From Escherichia coli (lineage in GTDB: Bacteria; Pseudomonadota; Gammaproteobacteria; Enterobacterales; Enterobacteriaceae), in assembly GCF_003334765.1 (NCBI RefSeq), contig NZ_QOWT01000020.1: a DNA stretch of 64,000 bases; one strand, written 5' to 3'. Below are positions 45,066 to 56,854 of this stretch, in pieces. The position numbers and the translations under genes are program-made. Positions within the stretch are counted from its first letter, which is position 1, and every line of letters starts with the position of its first letter. Under the pieces are notes generated by a model. It saw nothing but the letters and a program-made list of their open reading frames with translations. It had not been told where the DNA came from and searched no databases.

Positions 45066-46736
45066 ATGGATAATGCAGAACTCGCCATTGGTATCGATCT
45101 CGGTACTACCAATAGTTTAATTGCCGTCTGGAAAGACGGTGCCGCGCAATTAATTCCAAATAAGTTCGGTGAATATTTAACACCATCCATAATTAGCATG
45201 GATGAAAATAATCATATTTTAGTCGGAAAACCGGCTGTATCACGGCGTACTTCGCATCCGGATAAAACGGCAGCGTTATTTAAACGTGCAATGGGCAGTA
45301 ATACCAACTGGCGGTTAGGCAGCGACACATTTAACGCGCCAGAACTGTCCTCTTTGGTATTACGCTCATTAAAAGAAGATGCCGAAGAATTTCTGCAACG
45401 TCCGATTAAAGATGTGGTGATCTCCGTTCCAGCTTATTTCAGCGATGAACAACGCAAGCATACCCGTTTAGCAGCGGAGTTAGCCGGGTTAAATGCGGTA
45501 CGCTTAATTAATGAACCCACAGCAGCTGCGATGGCGTATGGCCTGCATACCCAACAAAATACCCGTTCGCTGGTGTTTGATCTCGGTGGCGGCACGTTTG
45601 ACGTTACGGTGCTTGAGTACGCCACGCCGGTGATTGAAGTTCACGCCTCCGCTGGCGACAACTTTCTTGGTGGCGAAGATTTTACCCATATGCTGGTCGA
45701 TGAGGTTTTAAAACGCGCGGATGTCGCCAGGACCATGCTTAACGAGAGTGAACTGGCAGCCTTGTACGCCTGTGTGGAAGCGGCAAAATGTAGCAATCAA
45801 TCGCCATTGCACATTCGCTGGCAGTATCAGGAAGAAACGCGGGAATGCGAATTTTACGAGAACGAACTGGAAGATTTGTGGTTGCCGCTGCTCAATCGCT
45901 TGCGAGTGCCGATTGAACAGGCGTTGCGCGATGCGCGTCTGAAGCCGAGTCAAATCGACAGTCTGGTGCTGGTTGGCGGCGCGTCACAAATGCCGCTGGT
46001 GCAGCGAATCGCCGTGCGTCTGTTTGGCAAATTACCGTATCAAAGTTACGATCCGAGCACCATTGTCGCGCTGGGCGCAGCAATCCAGGCCGCCTGCCGC
46101 TTACGCAGTGAAGATATTGAAGAGGTAATCCTCACTGATATTTGCCCTTACTCGTTGGGCGTTGAAGTTAACCGCCAGGGCGTTTCCGGCATTTTCTCGC
46201 CGATTATTGAACGAAACACCACTGTGCCCGTGTCGCGTGTAGAAACTTATTCAACCATGCACCCGGAACAGGATTCAATTACGGTTAACGTCTATCAGGG
46301 AGAAAACCACAAAGTTAAAAACAACATTCTGGTGGAATCCTTCGATGTGCCGTTGAAGAAAACCGGGGCTTATCAGTCGATTGATATTCGCTTTAGTTAT
46401 GATATCAACGGGTTGCTTGAAGTTGACGTGCTTCTGGAAGACGGCAGCGTTAAGTCCAGAGTGATTAACCACAGCCCGGTAACATTGAGCGCGCAGCAGA
46501 TTGAAGAGAGTCGGACGCGGTTATCCGCATTGAAAATTTATCCGCGCGATATGCTCATCAATCGCACCTTTAAAGCCAAACTGGAAGAGTTGTGGGCGCG
46601 GGCGCTGGGTGACGAGCGAGAAGAGATCGGCCGGGTGATCACCGATTTTGATGCGGCGTTGCAGTCAAACGATATGGCCCGCGTGGATGAAGTTCGGCGG
46701 CGGGCGAGCGATTATTTAGCCATTGAGATCCCATAA
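45066..46736 (+). CDS. hscC: Specialised Hsp70 chaperone HscC
   Basis: 556-aa ORF MDNAELAIGIDLGTTNSLIAVWKDGAAQLIPN... with Hsp70 ATPase signatures (DLGTTNS, DLGGGTFD). Confidence 0.95.
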   Translation: MDNAELAIGIDLGTTNSLIAVWKDGAAQLIPNKFGEYLTPSIISMDENNHILVGKPAVSRRTSHPDKTAALFKRAMGSNTNWRLGSDTFNAPELSSLVLRSLKEDAEEFLQRPIKDVVISVPAYFSDEQRKHTRLAAELAGLNAVRLINEPTAAAMAYGLHTQQNTRSLVFDLGGGTFDVTVLEYATPVIEVHASAGDNFLGGEDFTHMLVDEVLKRADVARTMLNESELAALYACVEAAKCSNQSPLHIRWQYQEETRECEFYENELEDLWLPLLNRLRVPIEQALRDARLKPSQIDSLVLVGGASQMPLVQRIAVRLFGKLPYQSYDPSTIVALGAAIQAACRLRSEDIEEVILTDICPYSLGVEVNRQGVSGIFSPIIERNTTVPVSRVETYSTMHPEQDSITVNVYQGENHKVKNNILVESFDVPLKKTGAYQSIDIRFSYDINGLLEVDVLLEDGSVKSRVINHSPVTLSAQQIEESRTRLSALKIYPRDMLINRTFKAKLEELWARALGDEREEIGRVITDFDAALQSNDMARVDEVRRRASDYLAIEIP

Positions 46737-46744
46737 ACACGGCT

Positions 46745-46775
46745 GCCGGATGCGGCGTAAACGCTGCATCCGGCA
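46745..46775. repeat. REP palindrome between hscC and djlC
   Basis: gccggatgcggcgtaaacgctgcatccggca. Confidence 0.8.
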
Positions 46776-46795
46776 TCGGCGCAAAAAACACATCG

Positions 46796-48247
46796 TCAGC
46801 TAAACAACATCGCGATTTTGCCGAGAGCATAACCTATCACCAGCACCGTTAAACTGATTTTGATAATGCTGGTAATGCTCTGTGGTTTTTCACCCTCATC
46901 ATTTTTTTCTTCATGATTTTCAGGTGTTGGCTCATCGACATCTTCATCCTCCGGCTCGAGTTTCACTTTCGTCAAAAGCATCCGGGTGACAATGGCCTCT
47001 AATGGATGAGCATCTCCGCCTTCCAGCCTTGTATTAAGACGGGCCAGCATCTCTTGTTTCGGAAACGCTTCAAGTACTACCTGTTCCGCTACCCGATACA
47101 AATCCAGGAACGGTGAATCTTGCTCTGTCTCGCTACCGACTCTCGATTTCCACCACGCCCATGCTTTGCGCTTGAAGAATAACGACTCAATAAACGATTG
47201 ACCTAACGGCGATAATTTTCCGCTATGTAAAATCTCCGCCCATAACAGCCGCGTCCGGGCGCTCTCACCAGGAACATATTTCAGCGGTTGACCTTGCGCA
47301 TCTACCATGCTCCGCGCTTCGATAACCATCACTAATAACGCGAAATAATCCGGGCAATGACGCTTGCTCCACTGCAACAACAAATTATCAGCTTGTGTAG
47401 ATGGGTAACTTTCCCAGTACGCGCAGAGATCGGCAAGCAGGCTTTCCCCCTCGCCGCAGTACAAACGTTGTGCACACAAGTAATACCGGGCATCTTCGCT
47501 TTCTGGTTCTTCCGTTTGCCACTGTTGAGCGACAGGAATGAGTTCCGCCATACCTGTTTGCACCGAGCTGTACCAGCGCAACAGTTTGCGATGTAACTTT
47601 GCATCATCAGGAATTAACCACGGACCTTCCATCGCCAAAAACGCAGTGACATAGTCAGGATGGTAACGGCAGCAACGTTCCAGCGCGAAGTAATACTCAA
47701 CAGTCTGGTTCTGCAACGCAATGGGATATTCCAGAAGGCTAAGGAAATCGAAACAATCACCAGCCTGAATGGCCTCAAGAAAAGCCTCCCTTTCTTCCTC
47801 ATCCATTCCTTCGCTGTCATTAAATGAATGCCAGTTCAAACGCTCTGCCAGCAAAGAAGCACAATTTAATGAAAGATATCGCGCTTCTATGGCGATTGCA
47901 CACAGCGGCCAGCGTAATTGATCGACATCCTCCATGTTCCAGGTATTTAATTGCTGAATAAATTTCTGCCAGGCGGAAGGCTGAAAACGATCACTTTCTG
48001 AATCCAGTAATGTCCTGAATGCACGTAGTATTTCATGTTCAGCGGCAGCATCTTTTTCTTCATCATCTGCTTCCTCGACAGGATTTACCGCCAGTCGCAG
48101 GGCCTCTTCATAGGCCTGGCGTAATGCTTTAAACCCTTGCGGATCGGTTTCGGGATGACACAACGGTAAGCGAGCAAGATAAGCCTGGCGGATAATGTCT
48201 ATTTGCGTCGTGCTTTCAATTTCGAGGATTTGCCAACATGTTTTCAT
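46796..48247 (-). CDS. djlC: J-domain co-chaperone DjlC (YbeV) with hydrophobic C-terminal tail
   Basis: 483-aa [52 protein letters not shown]...; C-terminus ...[20 protein letters not shown]. Confidence 0.92.
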
Positions 48248-48951
48248 AGGTCGCTCACATCCTTAAGCGTTACCGGGCATTCAGACTGGACAGTTAATGG
48301 CTGCCAGGGAAGCGTGGCATAGAAACGATCGCTTCCCGCTGCCAGCTCTTCGAACATACGACTCCCGGCGCTATCGTATTTGTACAGGGTTAGCGCCTCG
48401 CGTAGCGAAGTGTTGTCTTCGCACTGAGAAGATTGCCAGTAGAGACGTCCTAACGAATAGGCGGAAAAATAGTGCATCCAGCTGTGATAGTAATGGTGAG
48501 CTCGTACATAGACGCGCGATTGCAGCCATAAACTCTCTTCTTCCGTCAGCCACTTGTTGAGCACACCGACCCGTGACAGAAACCCCATTCGAACATAATC
48601 CCAGGCTTTGATTCCCCCTTCCCCACAGCACATAGCGGTTTGGGCAACGAATTGGGTATAAATCAACCCTCTCTCCGAGCCACCAGCAATTAATGCTTTC
48701 CACTCTTCAGGGGAAGAGCGATGCCATGTCAGATATAAGCCAGCTAAATCATTGGCATGACCATCATCAGTCATCTGATAAATAGTCTGAATTAAATCAT
48801 CACGATTATTTATTCCCCAGGATGATGAGAGCTCGAATTCTTTTATCCCAGTATACATTTTTGGCGAGTCATGCGCGGGTTTGCAACCCTGATTAAGTAT
48901 TTCCATGGGCGCAGAAAGCGCAAAAAGAAGATATTGTTCTTCCTTATTCAT
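48244..48951 (-). CDS. ybeU: DUF1266-like protein YbeU
   Basis: 235-aa [36 protein letters not shown]...; its stop overlaps the djlC start by 4 nt. Confidence 0.9.
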
Positions 48952-49052
48952 TTGTTAATAATCCCTTAAGTGCATTAACTGACTACTTTTTTATTATTGA
49001 TGAGTATAAACTTGACGCTTTCAAAATAAAAAGAAAATCGAAGCATTCACAC

Positions 49053-49607
49053 ATGAATAAAAAATTAATGTATATATTCGCAATTTTTATAGTTGCAGCA
49101 ATTACCTGTATTAGCCAACCCAAGAAAACGACGTTGCGTGATAAAGCCATGGTGAATTATGCCTTTGATTATTTAAGCTCACCGGGCAGTCTTCCATTCA
49201 CCACGGCAGCCACGGAGCTTTCCGCGATTCATGGTCACTCAACGTCGCAATATCGCCTTGGAGAATTTTATCTTCATGGTAGCGACGGTAAACCACTGGA
49301 TTATACACAGGCGAGATACTGGTATGAGCAATCAGCGGAACAGGAAAATCCACGCGCGCAAAGTAAACTGGGGTGGATCTACCTCAAAGGTCTGGGGGTC
49401 AAACCCGACACCCGTAAAGCAATTCTCTGGTATAAGGAAGCAGCTGAACAAGGGTATGCTCATGCTCAATATACTTTAGGTTTGATCTACAGAAATGGCT
49501 CAGGTATTAATGTTAACCATTATGAATCTCAAAAATGGTTAAAACTGGCCGCCAAACAACATTACAAAAATGCGGAAAGATTACTTGCCGGGCTTCCCGC
49601 ACATTAA
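49053..49607 (+). CDS. ybeT: Sel1-repeat protein YbeT with N-terminal hydrophobic segment
   Basis: 184-aa [26 protein letters not shown]...; repeated ...YxLGxxYxxGxGVxxDxxxAxxWYxxAAxQG... units. Confidence 0.9.
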
Positions 49608-49616
49608 CGTCGACTG

Positions 49617-51044
49617 TCACCCGAACAGATGGAGTATTTTCCCTATCAAACCAGCAAAGATAAAAATATAGAAAATAATTTTAATGATGCCCAGACAGCC
49701 AGGCCCACCATCGTCAACGGGCATTGGCTGCGGTTGCGGCTCCGGTTCAACAGTTTGCTTCTCGGTAAAATTCGCCGCCTGAATTAATAATCGACGAATA
49801 ATTAATGCTTCCAGTGGACAACGATTTTCTGCATCAAGGCGGCTCACAATCGGCATTAATGATTCTTCTGTAGGTTGGCAGGCCTGCACTAATTGTTTGG
49901 CAACTAGATATAATGGCCATAAGGTATGTTCTGTATCACGCGTGAGTGAGATCCGCGGCTTACGTCCTTTGTGCAAAACCATCTCGACCAGTGAACGCCC
50001 CAGCGCAGAGAGTTTTTCATCGCTGAGTATTTCGTATAAATGAAAACGCGTACGGGCGCTGTCGCCGGGGACATAAAGTAGCGGTTTTCCCTGATCGTTA
50101 ACCAGATCACGCGCTTCAATCATCATCACCAGTAATGGGTAATAATCGACCCGATGCTGACGGCACCATTGCAACATTAAAGCATCCGCCTGGGTGGAGG
50201 GATACTCGCGCCAGTAGTCACAAAGTTCTGCCAACAGGCTTTCGCCTTCTCCACAATAGACGCGTTGCGCGTATTCATAATAAGGCGCATCTTCATTATC
50301 AGGTTCAGTTTCCCGCCATGACTGGGCGTAATCCAGAAGTTCGGGGATATCCAGGCGACCTGCGCTATACCAGCGGAGTAAATTTCTGTGCAGTTTTGCA
50401 TCATCGGGGATAATCACTGCGCGATGTTGCGCTAAATACAATGTCAGCCATTGTGGATGCGATGACCAAATCCGAGCGAACATTTGGTAAAAATCGATGG
50501 TGTCATTTTGCACGGCAACGGGCAGATGCAGAATGGTCTGGAAGTTAAAAACATTCCCCTTCGCAATGGCATATAAAAAGGATTCCAGTTCTTCTTCGTC
50601 TATTTCCCCGGTATTTTCCTCCTGTAACCACCGCAATCTTTCTGCTAATAACACCACGCACTCGAAGGATAAATGGGCAGTGTTCATGGCGATTGTGCAC
50701 AGCGACCAGCGTAATTCATCAATCTCCTCCATCGAGCAATAATTTAATTGCTGAATGAATCGCTGCCAGGCGGAGGGCAGAAAACGTTCACTATCAGAGG
50801 CAAGTAACGCACGAAAGGCGAGCAGAATTTCATGTTCTGCTACCTCATATTCTTCTGGTTGCCAAACAGATTTAGCAGGCGACTGCGCAATCCGTAGCGC
50901 CTCCTCATACGCCTGACGAAGTTGTTTAAAACCCTGCGGATCGGTTTCTGGATGAAAGGACGGTAACAGCGCCAGATAAGCGCGGCGGATAATATCGACG
51001 TCAGTCGTTTCCTCTATATCGAGGATCTTCCAGCAATTTTTCAT
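49617..51044 (-). CDS. djlB: J-domain co-chaperone DjlB (YbeS) with hydrophobic C-terminal tail
   Basis: 475-aa [52 protein letters not shown]...; C-terminus ...[23 protein letters not shown]. Confidence 0.92.
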
Positions 51045-51748
51045 AGGTCGCTCATATCCTTAAGCGTTTCCGGGCATGCAGAATAGTAAGCCAATGGTTG
51101 CCAGGACAAGGTAGGGTAATACGCATCATCACTGGCAAATAATTGATAAAACATATCATTGCCGGAATCGTCGTATTCTTTACGCGCTAAGAATTCGCGT
51201 AATAAAGGCAGATGATCATCTTCGGGAGACTGCCAATATTGCCGACCAAAGGTATAACCGGCAAAGTATTGCCGCCAGTTACTATAATAACGTAGAGCCC
51301 GTAGATGAATGCGCGACTGGATCCATAGACTTTCTTCTTCGCTCAACCAGTTATTAAGTACGCCCATTCGGCTTAAAAAACCCATCCGGACATAATCCCA
51401 GGCTTTGATTCCCCCTTCGCCACAGCATTCGGCGGTGCTGGCGACAAATTGCGCATAAGCCTGACCTTGCTCATTTAGTTCAGCAAGATAGTCACGCCAT
51501 TCACATGGCGAATAACGAAACCAGCGGTGATAAAACCCTGCCAACCGAGCGGCATGACCGTTATCGATCATTCGGTGAATTGTGCGCAGCAGGTCATCAC
51601 GGTCATCAATTCCCCATGAGGAAGAAAGGTCAAAAAAGCATGTACCTAAATACATTTTGGGTGATGAATGCGAAGGTAAACAGCATTCATTGCGTATTTC
51701 CATCGGAGTGGAAAGTGCAAACAATATTTTTTGCGACTCCATGTCCAT
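51041..51748 (-). CDS. ybeR: DUF1266-like protein YbeR
   Basis: 235-aa [36 protein letters not shown]...; paralogue of YbeU; 4-nt overlap with djlB. Confidence 0.9.
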
Positions 51749-51911
51749 ATAATTTATCCTTAAATATTCATTAAATGAATATTAGCCGCATTGCGAGGCT
51801 CGTTTATTTATACTTTTCTGACGCGACATAATACGCATAAAATAAGGCTTACGCAAAAATGGAACACATAAAAATATAATATGTTTTATCTGCAACCATA
51901 AGGAAATGATA

Positions 51912-52889
51912 ATGATTTTCACGTCAAGTTGCTGCGATAATTTATCAATAGATGAGATTATCGAACGTGCTGAAAAAGGCGATTGCGAGGCTCAATATAT
52001 TGTTGGGTTTTATTATAATCGCGATAGCGCAATTGATTCTCCGGACGACGAAAAAGCCTTTTACTGGCTGAAGCTGGCCGCTGAGCAAGGTCATTGTGAA
52101 GCACAGTATTCCTTAGGGCAAAAGTATACCGAGGATAAAAGCCGTCATAAAGATAATGAGCAAGCCATCTTCTGGCTGAAAAAAGCTGCCCTACAAGGCC
52201 ATACTTTCGCTTCCAACGCCCTTGGCTGGACACTGGATCGTGGAGAAGCCCCCAATTATAAAGAAGCGGTTGTCTGGTATCAGATAGCCGCGGAGAGCGG
52301 AATGTCTTATGCGCAAAATAATCTTGGGTGGATGTACAGAAATGGCAACGGAGTCGCAAAAGACTATGCGCTGGCATTTTTCTGGTACAAACAAGCTGCA
52401 TTACAAGGCCATAGTGACGCGCAAAACAATCTGGCCGATCTTTATGAAGACGGAAAAGGCGTTGCTCAAAACAAGACACTCGCCGCATTCTGGTATTTGA
52501 AAAGCGCACAGCAGGGTAATCGGCACGCCCAGTTTCAAATTGCATGGGATTATAACGCTGGCGAAGGGGTGGACCAGGACTATAAGCAAGCGATGTACTG
52601 GTATCTGAAGGCTGCCGCTCAGGGGAGCGTCGGCGCTTACGTCAACATCGGTTATATGTATAAACACGGACAAGGCGTTGAGAAAGATTATCAGGCTGCC
52701 TTTGAATGGTTTACGAAAGCCGCTGAATGCAATGACGCCACTGCCTGGTATAACCTGGCCATTATGTATCACTACGGAGAAGGAAGACCTGTCGATCTCC
52801 GACAGGCTCTCGACCTGTATCGTAAAGTTCAGTCATCCGGAACCAGAGATGTCAGTCAGGAAATTCGTGAGACTGAAGATTTACTGTAG
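51912..52889 (+). CDS. ybeQ: Sel1-repeat protein YbeQ
   Basis: 325-aa protein MIFTSSCCDNLSIDEIIERAEKGDCEAQYIVGFYY... with at least seven Sel1-like repeats; start at the second in-frame ATG of the track ORF. Confidence 0.88.
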   Translation: MIFTSSCCDNLSIDEIIERAEKGDCEAQYIVGFYYNRDSAIDSPDDEKAFYWLKLAAEQGHCEAQYSLGQKYTEDKSRHKDNEQAIFWLKKAALQGHTFASNALGWTLDRGEAPNYKEAVVWYQIAAESGMSYAQNNLGWMYRNGNGVAKDYALAFFWYKQAALQGHSDAQNNLADLYEDGKGVAQNKTLAAFWYLKSAQQGNRHAQFQIAWDYNAGEGVDQDYKQAMYWYLKAAAQGSVGAYVNIGYMYKHGQGVEKDYQAAFEWFTKAAECNDATAWYNLAIMYHYGEGRPVDLRQALDLYRKVQSSGTRDVSQEIRETEDLL

Positions 52890-52958
52890 AGATAAAAACA
52901 AGGGCCGGGGAATTTCATTCGGCCCATATTCTCTTTATTGCTGTGCGAAATCAGACTA

Positions 52959-53441
52959 TTACGGCTCAAACGGGCGTCTCTGGAACTGGTCATGACCACA
53001 TTTCGGGCATAGCGTCAGCACTTCCGGTGTGTAGATCGGGAGATGGAAGTGACATTTCTCGCAGACCAGATTTCCCAGCCCGACCACTTCTCCGCTGTGA
53101 TAAACCCCATGATGATTGAGGTCCTGGAAAACTTCGCGCCATTCAAGCTGCGTTTTATCGGTGATGTCTGCCAGCTCCTGCCACAAGCTTTCTTTAATCA
53201 CCCGCATAAAGACGCTGTCAGATTCTTCTTTCAGGCTCTCTTCATAGCTCATGGCGAACTCTTCCAGGTCACGTCTGACAGCTCGCGTCAGCTCATCGAC
53301 CTCGGTTCGCGTTAACTCCCCTGTTTTTATTACGCGCTCGCGCGCCTGTTCCACCAGTGCGTCGATATCACGTTCGCCATTGCGCAGGCGTTCGCTCAGT
53401 GACGCAACCAGTTCACGGTAATATTGAGCAACCTTGTTCAT
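52959..53441 (-). CDS. ybeL: DUF1451 zinc-ribbon protein YbeL
   Basis: 160-aa ORF MNKVAQYYRELVASLSERLRNGERDIDALVEQ...; C-terminal CEKC...CPKCGH zinc ribbon. Confidence 0.9.
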   Translation of the reverse strand: MNKVAQYYRELVASLSERLRNGERDIDALVEQARERVIKTGELTRTEVDELTRAVRRDLEEFAMSYEESLKEESDSVFMRVIKESLWQELADITDKTQLEWREVFQDLNHHGVYHSGEVVGLGNLVCEKCHFHLPIYTPEVLTLCPKCGHDQFQRRPFEP

Positions 53442-53675
53442 CGTTTCATCTCCCGGGTCGTTAACTGACTATAATAATAGACGTTCTTTGTTCCTTGCTT
53501 TGCTAATACGCCCACAAACTCTGTAAATTAATGTATGAATAATCCGGGCATCATTTCAACGTCGAGTGCGCGAAAGGCTGTTTTGACGCGGACGTTTGGG
53601 CTATGCTATGCGGATCTGAAAAACCACCTCAACGCTACATTTGTAGCCGTATTGAAAACAGGACCACTGGCTGCC

Positions 53676-56258
53676 ATGCAAGAGCAATACCGCCCGGAAG
53701 AGATAGAATCCAAAGTACAGCTTCATTGGGATGAGAAGCGCACATTTGAAGTAACCGAAGACGAGAGCAAAGAGAAGTATTACTGCCTGTCTATGCTTCC
53801 CTATCCTTCTGGTCGACTACACATGGGCCACGTACGTAACTACACCATCGGTGACGTGATCGCCCGCTACCAGCGTATGCTGGGCAAAAACGTCCTGCAG
53901 CCGATCGGCTGGGACGCGTTTGGTCTGCCTGCGGAAGGCGCGGCGGTGAAAAACAACACCGCTCCGGCACCGTGGACGTACGACAACATCGCGTATATGA
54001 AAAACCAGCTCAAAATGCTGGGCTTTGGTTATGACTGGAGCCGCGAGCTGGCAACCTGTACGCCGGAATACTACCGTTGGGAACAGAAATTCTTCACCGA
54101 GCTGTATAAAAAAGGCCTGGTATATAAGAAGACTTCTGCGGTCAACTGGTGCCCGAACGACCAGACCGTACTGGCGAACGAACAAGTTATCGACGGCTGC
54201 TGCTGGCGCTGCGATACTAAAGTTGAACGTAAAGAGATCCCGCAGTGGTTTATCAAAATCACTGCTTACGCTGACGAGCTGCTCAACGATCTGGATAAAC
54301 TGGATCACTGGCCAGACACCGTTAAAACCATGCAGCGTAACTGGATCGGTCGTTCCGAAGGCGTGGAGATCACCTTCAACGTTAACGACTATGACAACAC
54401 GCTGACCGTTTACACTACCCGCCCGGACACCTTTATGGGTTGTACCTACCTGGCGGTAGCTGCGGGTCATCCGCTGGCGCAGAAAGCGGCGGAAAATAAT
54501 CCTGAACTGGCGGCCTTTATTGACGAATGCCGTAACACCAAAGTTGCCGAAGCTGAAATGGCGACGATGGAGAAAAAAGGCGTCGATACTGGCTTTAAAG
54601 CGGTTCACCCATTAACGGGCGAAGAAATTCCCGTTTGGGCAGCAAACTTCGTATTGATGGAGTACGGCACGGGCGCAGTTATGGCGGTACCGGGGCACGA
54701 CCAGCGCGACTACGAGTTTGCCTCTAAATACGGCCTGAACATCAAACCGGTTATCCTGGCAGCTGACGGCTCTGAGCCAGATCTTTCTCAGCAAGCCCTG
54801 ACTGAAAAAGGCGTGCTGTTCAACTCTGGCGAGTTCAACGGTCTTGACCATGAAGCGGCCTTCAACGCCATCGCCGATAAACTGACTGCGATGGGCGTTG
54901 GCGAGCGTAAAGTGAACTACCGCCTGCGCGACTGGGGTGTTTCCCGTCAGCGTTACTGGGGCGCGCCGATTCCGATGGTGACGCTGGAAGACGGTACCGT
55001 AATGCCGACCCCGGACGACCAGCTGCCGGTGATCCTGCCGGAAGATGTGGTAATGGACGGCATTACCAGCCCGATTAAAGCAGATCCGGAGTGGGCGAAA
55101 ACTACCGTTAACGGTATGCCAGCACTGCGTGAAACCGACACTTTCGACACCTTTATGGAGTCCTCCTGGTACTATGCGCGCTACACTTGCCCGCAGTACA
55201 AAGAAGGTATGCTGGATTCCGAAGCGGCTAACTACTGGCTGCCGGTGGATATCTACATTGGTGGTATTGAACACGCCATTATGCACCTGCTCTACTTCCG
55301 CTTCTTCCACAAACTGATGCGTGATGCAGGCATGGTGAACTCTGACGAACCAGCGAAACAGTTGCTGTGTCAGGGTATGGTGCTGGCAGATGCCTTCTAC
55401 TATGTTGGCGAAAACGGCGAACGTAACTGGGTTTCCCCGGTTGATGCTATCGTTGAACGTGACGAGAAAGGCCGTATCGTGAAAGCGAAAGATGCGGCAG
55501 GCCATGAACTGGTTTATACCGGCATGAGCAAAATGTCCAAGTCGAAGAACAACGGTATCGACCCGCAGGTGATGGTTGAACGTTACGGCGCGGACACCGT
55601 TCGTCTGTTTATGATGTTTGCTTCTCCGGCTGATATGACTCTCGAATGGCAGGAATCCGGTGTGGAAGGGGCTAACCGCTTCCTGAAACGTGTCTGGAAA
55701 CTGGTTTACGAGCACACAGCAAAAGGTGATGTTGCGGCACTGAACGTTGATGCGCTGACTGAAAATCAGAAAGCGCTGCGTCGCGATGTGCATAAAACGA
55801 TCGCTAAAGTGACCGATGATATCGGCCGTCGTCAGACCTTCAACACCGCAATTGCGGCGATTATGGAGCTGATGAACAAACTGGCGAAAGCACCAACCGA
55901 TGGCGAGCAGGATCGCGCTCTGATGCAGGAAGCACTGCTGGCCGTTGTCCGTATGCTTAACCCGTTCACCCCGCACATCTGCTTCACGCTGTGGCAGGAA
56001 CTGAAAGGCGAAGGCGATATCGACAACGCGCCGTGGCCGGTTGCTGACGAAAAAGCGATGGTGGAAGACTCCACGCTGGTCGTGGTGCAGGTTAACGGTA
56101 AAGTCCGTGCCAAAATCACCGTTCCGGTGGACGCAACGGAAGAACAGGTTCGCGAACGTGCTGGCCAGGAACATCTGGTAGCAAAATATCTTGATGGCGT
56201 TACTGTACGTAAAGTGATTTACGTACCAGGTAAACTCCTCAATCTGGTCGTTGGCTAA
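53676..56258 (+). CDS. leuS: Leucyl-tRNA synthetase
   Basis: 860-aa protein [26 protein letters not shown]... with class-I HMGH and KMSKS motifs; start trimmed from track ORF 53535. Confidence 0.97.
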
Positions 56259-56272
56259 GCGCGGGAGGAAGC

Positions 56273-56854
56273 GTGCGATATCTGGCAACATTGTTGTTAT
56301 CTCTGGCGGTGTTAATCACCGCCGGGTGTGGCTGGCATCTGCGTGATACCACGCAGGTTCCTTCCACTATGAAGGTCATGATCCTGGACTCAGGCGATCC
56401 GAACGGGCCATTAAGCCGTGCGGTGCGTAACCAGTTACGTCTGAATGGTGTCGAGTTGCTTGATAAAGAAACCACGCGTAAGGACGTTCCATCCTTGCGT
56501 TTGGGTAAAGTGAGCATCGCGAAAGATACCGCATCGGTATTCCGTAACGGTCAAACAGCAGAGTATCAGATGATCATGACGGTTAATGCGACCGTGTTGA
56601 TCCCCGGCCGTGATATCTACCCGATTAGCGCCAAAGTCTTCCGTTCGTTCTTCGATAACCCGCAAATGGCGTTAGCGAAAGATAACGAACAAGACATGAT
56701 CGTAAAAGAGATGTACGACCGTGCTGCCGAACAGCTGATTCGTAAGCTGCCAAGCATCCGTGCTGCGGATATTCGTTCCGACGAAGAACAGACGTCGACC
56801 ACAACGGATACTCCGGCAACGCCTGCACGCGTCTCCACCACGCTGGGTAACTGA
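56273..56854 (+). CDS. lptE: LPS-assembly lipoprotein LptE (RlpB)
   Basis: 193-aa ORF from a GTG start: [21 protein letters not shown]... with lipobox ITAGC. Confidence 0.95.

Noticed and set aside
53535-53675. 47-codon N-terminal extension of the leuS ORF
   Set aside because: LeuS begins [13 protein letters not shown]... at 53676; the extension is leader sequence.
54612-56291. 559-aa minus-strand ORF antisense to leuS
   Set aside because: Long only because the antisense frame of a GC-rich, highly expressed gene lacks stops; no independent coding evidence.
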